Positions 1-12,000 of a stretch of 64,000 bases of DNA are shown one piece after another; the stretch's first letter is position 1, and every line of letters begins with the position of its first letter. The notes beneath the pieces were generated by a model. The model was not told where the DNA came from. It was given only the letters and a program-made list of their open reading frames with translations, and did not search any database. Source of the stretch: Tubiluchus corallicola (Eukaryota > Animalia > Priapulida); contig JAQGDQ010000098.1 in the NCBI GenBank assembly GCA_030141605.1, positions 496,001 through 560,000 of the forward strand, in the 5' to 3' direction. The position numbers were made by a program, and so were the translations under genes.

Positions 1-3000
1 AAGTCTCTGGCACCGCAACTATAGAGGTAATTTGCCATATTGTATCTCTTGCAGGCGCACTTCTTTCATTGAATACTGCCCTCGAGAAGATTTTAGAGAC
101 TACCGAATGCAGCAAGAGAGGAGAATGTCAAAGCCAGGTTGGGATAATGTAAATAGTGGATCTGCTGTTACTTTTCAATTGTTTTCAAACGTGTTTGAAT
201 CCTGTCTCTATTAGAGCACTAGTGACATCTGTGGCATAATGTCGCACAGGAAGCGACTTTATGTTGCACCTGCATCATTATCCAAAAACTTCGTAAACAA
301 TAAACATTAGTCAATTTGAATTGCACGTCATTTAATCTGGTCTATTTCGCAGGTTGCTTTCATGGAGGGTGACATACAGCTTTCTTCTCCACAAACGACA
401 ACACTCACACAGCAAGATCTATCTGGAGATTATGTCACCAAAACTACCACAACAACTTTAAAGCAACTGCGTCCAGGCGAAGGTAAATGGTATCTTTCTG
501 GAATGCTGACATACTGAAATAAAAGTAATTTAGAAGTTGCTGAAACTTAGCATAGTCTTTTACTTTCAAATCGTTTTAAAATAATTGTGTCTTGTATGCT
601 TCTTTAGTGCTTTCTTAAATCAGAAACAGTTATTTAGTCATGCAATGCCGTAAAAAAGAAAAATTCAACATTGTTTTCAAAGTATAGATTCGGTTGCAAC
701 ATCTTACTTCACATATACTGACTTGGAGTAATTACTAGCCGACCAAAGCCAGGAATTTGCTAAATTTACGGTTTAGAAATCGTAGTTTAATTCAGTAGTT
801 ATTTTCCATGTCTGCATGACTTATTGCTAATTTGTGCATTCTGTATTTCAGTATGATTCTGGTCTAAGTTGTTTAAGTTTGTCGAAAATTAAATTGCAGC
901 AAAACTCGATTAATTTGGCATTGAGCAGGCTGAAAGCAATGGCTTTGCAACAGTTTTTTGCAGCTAATTAATTAATGGAGATTTTTGTGCTGCAGTTTAC
1001 AGTATGATTGCTTATTAACTTTTAACATTTTGTTAACTTTTGCGCCTAGTCTAGACTAATATTTGTGTGCAGTTAAATTTGTAGGCTGTGGGACACTATC
1101 TCATCGTAATTAGCTTTGTTGTTCATTAACTTCATACAGACTCCTCGGGTGGCAGTAGTAGAGAAGCAACACCAGTCAGAGTTCCATCTGCTGGTGCTAA
1201 TGTTGAGGAAGGTACATTTTTTCCTTTGACTTTAATATTATTTCTAGAAACGCACTGATGCAAAAATGAAATAGTTGTACATATCAATTGCACAATAATG
1301 CTGTCTGATTATTGACTCAGCTGTCCTGTTAATTATCATGTAACAGCTGCCAATCCATTTCATCTTGACCATTTGTCTAAATTGTCATTGGCAGTAAAAC
1401 AATGAGAGTTACGACAGCGTTGAAACTTTAACGTAAACACATTGGTTATGAGCACTAGTATATTTTTTTTTGCAAGCCTCGCAGTGATAAAATAGCATTT
1501 TGTATCCTATTATGTTGCAGATGGCTAATCCTTTTTTGTTTTGTCTTTCATAAAATTACTTTGCGTGATCTACAATTATTTTTACATGGGTAATTTAATT
1601 ATTTATTTAAAGTTGTCATAAATTCATATTCTGCTTTATCAAATGTGTGATCTGCAGTTTTTCTTGCACAGATGCAAACTAAACTATTTTAATCTGTTTA
1701 AACTATTAAACAGACGGTTACCTTATCCTAGTTTCTTTACTTTTTAACATGTCCCAAACATGGCAAATTATGTTTAAATAGTTATAAATGAGAAATTATT
1801 TACCTTGTATCAGTTCCTTCATTACTAGCAGTAGCATTCTCTGTCTGCATGTTTGCGTATTATAGTTGCACTGCATCGTGTGGATGTGCCTGGGCAAGAG
1901 GTAGAATTGACCTATGAAAGTGAAGATGACTCTCCCTGGGAAACCATTTTTTACCAAGGTGTCTTCTATTGCTGTTTTCTCCAAGTACTCTTAACGCTTG
2001 TTTTTTACGTTTACAATTTGAATTGTTTATTTTGAGCACTCGATCTACATTCTTATCCCCGTAATCTAGAAGACTGATGGAAGAAATTGGCACACTTTGT
2101 CTTAATCATTCACATTACACTTTTTTCTATTTTTTTTTCTAACATGGTTTGGAAATTTAGGTTCGTTGTCTAGTTTTAACTCTGAAATTGGCCTCACTTA
2201 TTTTTATTGTATCCAAGTGCACCCGTAAACTGAATCCAGCAGTTATGTGGTTATACAGCAATGATTATGTCAAGAAAACTGCATGTAGCATATGCTGTCA
2301 GTAAGTGCGTACTTTTGCATGTTTAAAGTTTGTCTGTCAATTTTATTGCTTTCTGCAGGAATTTTAAAGAGCACATTTGTTGTTTGGAAACCTTTAACTT
2401 GCCTTGCACTACTGATGAATGTTTAACAAGTGCACCCTTTTGTACACGCCTAACTAAACAGTGTTTCTAATTGAGTGGTTTTGTTTGTTTTCGATTGTTT
2501 AACAGAAAAAATTGTATTGACAGACGTTGGGAGTCCAGCTGATGCTGCCTTGCGGGACTTGGAAAGCGGTAACGAGCCTCGGACTCCCACAAAGACCAGC
2601 ACGTTAACTATTACTGGTGTTATGAAGGTAGGTTTCTGCTTTGATTTTGTTATGCTAATCATTCACTAGACATTTGCTGAATTTCCTTTTAAATAGTTAT
2701 TATACAAAATTCAATACTGAAGATTAACTTGTAAATTTGCAATTAAAATGTTGTACTGTCTTACAAAAATGAAAATTAGAAGAACTGCACTGCTCTTGTT
2801 TTTGCTGACTCTGTATTTCTGTCCTTTCTTGCCATGCTGCAGACTTTAAATGCGCCAAATCATATCATTTTTTCTGCAGCATTTTCCTCTCATGTAAAGT
2901 TGTGATTTCACAAATTTATGTTATAAATTTCTTTGACAATGAGAAGTTTTTGCTTTTGATAACGAGCCAGTCAGGGATTTTATGAATCACTGATGGTGCT

Positions 3001-6000
3001 TTATCTTTAAGTGCATGCACTTCAAACAAGATTCCTTTTTTCATGAAATGCAACATGAAACTGAAGAAGCACATTCATTTTGCTGTCTTGTTTGCTATGT
3101 GTTACCTTTGTATTTGTTGGTATAGAGGCTGCTCTATGTTAGACATGATTAGTTTGAACTGTGTTCATCCTGCTTTTTCAATTATTACAGTGCTTTAGAT
3201 GGCATGGCCTTCCATAGTTTATACTCAGTGACATTTTATTGCCAATTTTACAAAATGCTATATTTAAATATACCATCAAACCTTCATAATGTTGATTAAA
3301 AAGATCATGTTTCTAAGTAAAGCTTAGTTGTGTTTGTAAATAAGTGCAGCTCCTTTTATAGCCAACAAAAATACAATTTTACTTTCGGCAGAACATGTTG
3401 TTACTTTTTTAACACTCGCTTAATTACTTGAATGTGTAACGGATGTGTCATGTTTCAAAACAAAGTTATGTGGTGTCAGCAAAAAATCTTTTATTCCAAT
3501 CAAATTAAAATTGTGTTGTCAGTTAACTGCTGTTCTTCCACCTTCTGCACACAGAGAAACAACTTTTTTACAACTTGAGCTAATTAGTGAAATATTGTTT
3601 TGCTACTGCCATAGCATATTGTGGTTTTTAACTGAATCATTTGGAGCCGACTGTTCCATTTCTGTAGTGAAGCAAAAAAGTGGGGTTATTGTACATGTAG
3701 CATGTCTTTTTGTTTTGATACTACACGGTTTCTCAAGGTTTTACTAGTTTATTAATTTTATTACATAGTAAGTACCTGCTGCAGAAATATACAATCCTAC
3801 ATTACTGCAGGCCATGAAGCTTATTATGACAACAATAAGGCATTAGAGTTTTGAATAACAAGGCTGTTGCACAACCATCGTAAATAATGCAGTAACGGCG
3901 GCTACTGCGCCTGTATTAACAATAACCTGCTCATAAATGATTTGAAACAAACGTATCAAAGTCATTACATAATCTTTCAGATACAATAAGAAATTATTCC
4001 TCCTTAAAATAGGAGATCTTTTTGCTATTGCTTTGATTGTGTGACCATCTTTTTCACATGCTTCCTTGACATAACAGGTGGAACTACATAAGCGCGGATT
4101 AATACCCGTAGTGAAAGTGAGTGAAGTAGAGGTAAACCAAGTTCTGAAAAAATAGTTACTTTTGAAATGGAATGTTTTTATTTTATTTAATGATTGTTTA
4201 TTATTTGCTGTTGTTACTTGATAGATGGCTTCACTTGTGGCTTAGTTGGCAGCACAGTTTGCTCAGATTTGTGACGAATTACTATAATTTGATGAATTAG
4301 ACATTTTCTTTGTTTCCGTTTAATGTTTTTGTTTGCTTTTAACCTTTTTTAAAATGTGTTTTAATGTTATTGTATCTCAAATGTTGGTCAGATGTAACTG
4401 CTGTTTAGTTGTCAAGTATTGCTAATATCTTATACTTTGTTAACTTAAAACATCAGTTTTTGTGTTGGCTTGAAACCTTGTATGCTTTCAAATGAAAACA
4501 AGAATAACTGGCTTAAAAAGCTTTTTTCCTCAATTGAATAACTCCTTCTGAATTGCATCTTTTTTATTGTAAATGCTTACGCATAATTTATTAGTTTGTA
4601 TTGCAATAAAAAATATGCGTAGTATCTACGATTTTGATATTAACTAAAACAGATTGCCAACATGAAGTCAAACCGTTGTCTAAGTGCTTCCTAGGGAGAA
4701 ACTGTGTTACAAGAGTTAGTATTATTAATTGCCATGGTCTCATGGTAACAGGTTCTCGAATATGCTGAATTTGACGAATGCATTTTAAAATGGAGATATT
4801 GCAAATTTGGTAAAGTGAATGCCCAGTTAAAAATTTCTACATGCCAAAAAAAACTTGAATCAGTCGTGATGTTTTATTGCTACGTATCCCTTTTGTTACA
4901 TTTCTGAACACCCACTTATTTGGATAATAATGTGGAGGAATGCTTTATATGTGTTATAAATGCATTCTGCCTGGCTACTGTCTAGGTATCTGTGCACGTT
5001 CTTCTGATCTTCATCTTTGTGACTCCTATTTTCACAGTGGTAACTTTAGCCCTGTTCAGTGTTACAATTAGTGTGCCTGTTTCTGCTCGCCGTGTTTATC
5101 TACATTGCTTTAAATAAATTTTGTTCAAGCAAAGTGTTCAGTAAAACTTCGTCTACGTCATCATAGATTATTTTTGGAGAACACAGGGCAAACATGGTCC
5201 TTGAAACAGCACAAAGTCAATAAACAAATGCGAAGTGTTGTCTGGCTTTGTTCTGCACTGGTTGGTAAAAACTAGTTGCTGCTGTTTCTTAATTTAACCG
5301 TTATTAATGTGATGCTAAAATGTACGAAAATGTGGCTGTATTGCTTTGACTTAGGTATCAGATATTGGCAAAATGTTGGCATACATGGGAACAAAATTTC
5401 CTTCACTGTTTATTGTTTCCTTACGGTTTTCTTAGTTAACGTCTGTTTATTACAAATAGAAAGTTTAGATCGCGCTACAGTGTAAAACTTCATTATTTTC
5501 TATTTGGACTAGTAACTAGTACATCATTCTAGAGACTGATATATTTATGCTGCACACACTGTGGGGAAATATTTAGCATTAAGCCTTTATTTCTGATTTG
5601 CAATGTGCACTTTGTTACTGTGCAACTTGCATTAATGCTTTTGTTTTTATATAACATAGCTGCAACATTAGATTATGCTAATGCTTATGTAAATGATCAG
5701 GAACTAATAAAATTTGTTAGTAGTCATTTTTGTAAGCGTGAATCATGAAGGTTTTAAAAGTTACTTTAAATATTAACGTAAACCAAAATTTTCAGTTATA
5801 ATAGGAAACTGGCAAAACACATTTCCTAGATAACGCTCCTGGGAAAATAGGGCTCTGGAATTGTAAAAAACCATCTTTAATAGACAAAACATCTTTAATA
5901 GACAAAAACATACGGCATGATTTCCTAAAGAAACAATCAGATGAAATATTGATCACTGCCATTTACCATTGCTGTGATGCGTGAATTGCAAGAAATTTTG

Positions 6001-9000
6001 ATTATTTTGTTTTGCCTTCGAGAATAAATAAGAAATTAGGAAATCCACCCAACTGAATTAATGTCAGTGTTATTTAAAAGACAACACGATTGCACAGAAC
6101 CCGAATGGTTGATCCTGCCCGGATATTTGTTGTTAATTACATTCAATTTCTTTCCAAATTCTAATTTTCTTTATTTTTAGTGAAAAGGCATCTGACTGCC
6201 GTAAGTGTACACATACCGTATTCAGCGCATTTGCATTCTAAGAAATTGTTAATTAAAATGAGACTGCAAAATTTTACTAATTCATTGATATACATTTACA
6301 CCATAATATTTGCAGAAGTACTTTAACAGGTAAGCCACATTAAAACGTTCTGATGATTTGTTTGCAGACACCAAGTCAACTGGAGTTAGATCATGATGGC
6401 ACAATGGAACAAGGTGCTGTAGATGATCAGCAAAACCGTCCTGCCAGCACTGACAGAGGTAAGTCTTTGCTGTCTGAGTTTCTTTAATTTTTTTAAATGT
6501 GATTTAGAAACAAGAAGAGCGGGGACACGGGCCAACTCTAATATAGTTTAATTTTATTCTTTTCTCGGTAAAGTGATAAACAACTTGACAAACAATGCAT
6601 AAATATTTAATGCAGTTCGTTATAGAACAGTAAACATTAAACAGATTAGATGTTTCACTAGCATTAAAATCTGCTGCAATTTTTCCTTTGTACGGAAAAG
6701 TTGATAAAATCAAATTGAATTATTTGTAGAATGCTGTAATTCTCTGGATTTTATCGTTCCCCAAAGACATTTTGTGCTTTAAAACATTCTCTGATGCAGA
6801 AAGCCAGCAGCTGCTTTTGATAGCAGAAATAAATGCTAAAAGGGCACAGCGGGGATGTCTTCTAGTTTAATGTGCAGAAACTTGTCAGCTTTTCAACATT
6901 TGTTTCTTAGAAATTCTCAGTTAACTACAGGCTTTGAACATTGGTTGAATGCTTTTTGTTGAGTCAGTTTTTGTAAGATGGTAATCAACTAATTTTTAAG
7001 CTTTCTTAAAAAAATTGTATAATAAAGTGACATTGGCTAGCAGCATTTTTATTTGAATTGCTTGGGCTAAAAAAGGAAATTCTTGAAGATTTATTTACTT
7101 TGCTGTGGCAGCTAAGAAGCTACATAAGGTCACGTTTCCCTCGACCTGAGTATACAACATTTACTTCTCAAAAAGAAAATAATCATTATTAAACAAAACA
7201 TTCACAAAATACCGTTGCTTACAAAACTGGTGTCATCCACCAAATATTAATGTGATTGTAGCTATCAGAGCAAGATTTGAATTTTCAAGTTTTTCAGAGT
7301 TTTCCTATAACAGCAATCAGGGAGATTAGATACAGACGATACCAAGTTTCAAGCCTGCTTTTTTAGCTGACATGAAAATCATTAATCTTTGCCTTTAACA
7401 AATGTGATGCCTCCGGATGTTTTTGATCAACTAGTGCATGGCTTTAAAACTTGGCGTGTACTAAGTTTTCAAGAATGAAAATATGTTCATTAAAACTACT
7501 GATAAATTTCACCCATCAATTTTTCTCTCTCTCAGTGTCTTTTATTGGAATTTTATAGTCTACATAAGATTTTGTATTAACTGAAATGCCAAGTTCTTGG
7601 GAAGCTGAGTTTATGAGTTTATTTTAATGTTTGAGAAAAATGTTAGAAAGTTTCAGTAATAAAATTTTGGCAAGTGCCTTGTGTAATTACTAAAATCAAT
7701 TTAAAGTCATGATCATTTTACACTTGGGTACGCTCACTTTGAACAAAAAGTTCTGGCATCATGCCATAACCGTGCAATATAAACAAATATCCCACCAGGT
7801 GTGTGAGCAAACTTTTTTGCAGTGGCAGTTACTATAATCAACTACCAGCAATCCTAAACATTAAATGAGAAATTGTTAATACTATTTTTAATGAATCCCT
7901 TCGCCTAGTTTGCAATGAAAACCAATTATCGCGATAATGTAAAAACCTCCAACTTGGCTAGTTAACCCCGGCAAAATAACAGAATAATTATGGTAATCTC
8001 ATGCTATATAATGTTTTGGCTCTTATATTTACAACAAATATGAATACTAATAAATGTTACAGTTAAACTAGTTCAGGGCCCAGTATTTTTAATAAGAGCT
8101 GGTACAAAGATTTGCTTCGCGATTGATTGTGATGTAAGTAGCAGTATGTTGTCTAGTATATCATCATACCTTGACAACTTATGTTTAACGCAGATTTTCT
8201 TGTTAACTTTAATGCAAAGAAGATGAAACTTCTATCCTTTAGTTGCATTTGCAATACCTCCCTGCTGCACATGTCTCATCACTTTTCGATCTGTTTTGTA
8301 TACAGTTACTTGGCTATAGCTTGTATGATTCTTCTCAGATCTTAAATGGAAAAAACCTGGCAGAAGATACTAGGTTGCTGGTCTTGTGCTTGTATAATCT
8401 AATTTCTAATACTCTATCTTTTACTAATCACTAATCCATCTTTGTTTTGAACACTGCAATAATAACTAAGTTTGAATCTCAGTCTGCTATCTCACATGTG
8501 TTTAATTTAAAAAAAACATTGAGATGAATCAAAAAACAGCAAATTGAAGAGACTTTACATTGCTTTTTGCTAAGGGGATGTTTGATTTCATTTGATTAGT
8601 TTACACAATCATTACTGGTGCTCTGCAGCCATAAACAAGCCCGACTTTCTTTCAATTACAATGGTGGCTAAAGAATTTACCATTGGAGAGAAATGGGCAA
8701 ACATTGGTTATGTGGCCAAAAATAAGTGATTGATGTGAAAATAAAGCATCCAGAACTATCTAATACTAAACGATGGTTTACTGATGGTTGCATGCTCAAC
8801 ATATTTCTTCAGCTGCTGGTTTTCCTTGCATCATATCCTTGTTTCTCCAATGGGGGGATGCACATGATATCCATTGAAACTCAGAACGTGTCACTTCTTC
8901 AGCTAATAACCTAGGCATACATAAATTAACTAATACTACCATTTGCAAGTCTTACTAACTAGTTCATGGTTGTGCACTACCCCGACTAAGCAACTTGATT

Positions 9001-12000
9001 TTGTAATTCCTTTTATTACGTGCTTGTCTGGCATTGTTTATCTTGCATTTGTCTTCTTTTTGCCAGGTCGTTCACGAGAGCGCAGCAGCTTCATGGATAC
9101 GCTAAAGAAGAAGTTAAGCTTTCAGAAGAAGCGTTCTCATAGTTACAGCGGATGGGAGGATGAAAGGCCAGCAAAAGAGCGGGACGCATCTTTGAATCGC
9201 CAGAATCCTCAACAGTTGTCACTACCAACGTCCCGTCGGGGTTCCAACAAAAGTGGAAGTACGTTCTGTAAAATTTGTATTTGTATAATCTGTGGTGATT
9301 TGATTATTTTAAATTTTGCCCATATTGTAGGCCTGGCTAATACGAATGGCGGCTTAGCTATTAATTAATGCTTCAACTAAATTTTTTGAGTGTTGTCACA
9401 TTTGTGCTTTATCAAATTTTTGTAGATTTAAGGCAAATGAAAGTAAGCATTTCAGTTTAAAAGCTATTTGAAAGCTATTGTTTTTCTCGAGATACTTTAA
9501 AACTTATGTAGTTTGTGTTGTAGCTATAGTGAATAGAATTTAATGTGCAGTGTGAACAGCAGGCTCTCGCAGCTTTTATACTGCATGTACAGTTTCTCTT
9601 CCCTTTTATTTTATGTAATTTTCTTAAAACATTCGCCAATGCAGTGAAGCATAGTTACAAAGTACCAACTTTTATTTGTAGTGTCCAGAAATTTTTACAT
9701 TGTAGAAATTATAGTACCTAGCTTGTCCTTGTGCTAAATATATATTTCAAACAACTATAGCCTCAATTGACCTTTGTAAAGTATTATGTCATTTGTTTAG
9801 CCTTGACTATGTCAGATTTAGTAAACTAAAGTATTTCACCTGTACAAGTACAATTTTTTTATTCAGTAGTCATTTCTTTCTTTTTCCAGGCTTGTTAGAA
9901 GTGCCAGGTAGGGTTGTTTGCATACAAGCATTTTGCGGAATGGAGTTTTTCTAGCTTTTTTATGCCTTCAAGTTTACTTTTTTAACAGAATGTTAGTGTT
10001 AACCTTATCCATTATGACTTTCGTTGGGGACCTTTGCCTGAACTGTGTGTATGGACCTGTGGATGCTTGTCTATGTAATTAGAAAGTTATTAGTAAATAT
10101 GATGAAATGAATCTAGGGCTAAATTTATGCTGGAAAATTTGCTCGGCACAAAGTGTTATACATGTAGCAATCTTGCAGCTTTTATAACTATTGTAAAAAC
10201 AAAAACAACTTAAAATAGGGATTCTGCAGTCTTGCGTCATTTTTGACTCGACCGTGACTGTTTAAAGGGGAGCAAAGTTTATCCCAAAGACTTTCAATAT
10301 AAAGTTATATTATTTAGCATTATGCTTACACTTTTGAAAGATTTGCATAAATGGGAAAAAGGTTCTTAATAATTTAAAATATTTGTGCCACCTGATAAAA
10401 CGGCACTGCATTGTGTACCACTAATTGACAAAAAAACACATTATTGATCTTATTGGTAATGTAAAACAATTTAAACTTTTGCTTAGTTAGCAAAGAGTGT
10501 GCTACAAATGCTCTGTTTATTTCTTCAAACTTTACGCAATGTTATCCAAATGTTGTTTTAAATGACTTACCGTTATAATGGCTGCATCTAAAACTCATCA
10601 AGTTTACAAGTTCTATATAGTGTTATGGGGCTAATGCAAGCCTTGTGTGCAATAAGACAACAGATCAGATCAGTTTGCTCGAGATAGTAGTGATAAACTT
10701 GATAGTTTAGTTTATCCGCAAATAAACTCAAAACAGTAAAACAGGTAATTTCAGAAACGAGCATGTAAGTTTAAACTGCGATGTTTTTACAGAAGCAAAT
10801 AATTCCCCAGAAATTGATTAGTGGTGACTGCGATGCAAAACTAAGGTGTAGAATTTTGCATTGCGATACCAGATATATTCAGCCCTGGAATCAGTGTTTT
10901 GTTTGAGAAGTCAATGATGTGGTTTCACTTTTCCTTGCCTGGTCTTTCCTCTCTGTTATTATATGTTGGTTTATCGTGAGATGAGAAAAATGAGTTGGCA
11001 TCTGTTTGTTTCCTTGTTTTCAATGATCTTAGGTTCTGCATGAAGTTACCAAGGTGAACTATGCAAATCTTTCATTTCACCTTAACGTCTTCATGTTTGT
11101 ATTAGAAGAATAGTCAACTTTTCAGTGGTTAGGATTTGCAGATTCATACTATTTGTTTCTGTTTGTACTATTTCATGATCACTTTCTTTGCATATTTTGG
11201 GGAAACTATGCTCTGAACTTTATTTTGGTTACTTTTTGTTATGGATAGACATTCTTTTGAAAATTTAGAAATACGTTACGATTTTTTTTCTGTTAACATA
11301 TTTTTGTTTCCTTTATCTATCTTCTGTTTAGCGGTGAATGCATACTTGTCTGTTTAATTTACCAGATATGCATGTACTGCTCTTATACTGGTTAGATCAC
11401 AAAATTTCTGTTTTCTTATGTGTCATGTCATCATAAGATCATATTATCATTCCACTATTATTCAGTATTAAATTTGTTCTCAGAATGGTTTATTTACTCT
11501 GTGGAATACCTTCACAAATCGTTTATTTCATAAAAAAACAATTATCCCAAAAACATCTTTAAAAGTAATTAGTAATTTGAGTGTCTTGTTAGTTATTATT
11601 GAGTCATTATTTCATTACATAATCCCTGTGGGTACCTTTTTTGACATGGAAATTTTACTTTGCTCTTTTTTCAGTAGTAAATGTTTAAGTGTTACCACTT
11701 GCGCTTGACAAATTCTAATGTATTGCTGTTTTTTTTCTGTAGGGATGAAGTCTGCTGATACTAGTAGCCAAGGTTCTATAATGACGTATGTTACTGAAAA
11801 CTCAACGCTAGTCATCGAGACTACGGAGAAAGACAAAACTCACAGGTAATCTATTTTGTTTTTTGTTTAACTGCCCTTATTATTGGGTATGATATTATTG
11901 TGGAATTTTAATTTTGTTGATCAATCCATGTTAGAAATTATAACATAAAAAACAAAATTTGCTAAAATCTATTTACAAGGTAATCATCGCTTGTAGGTCG

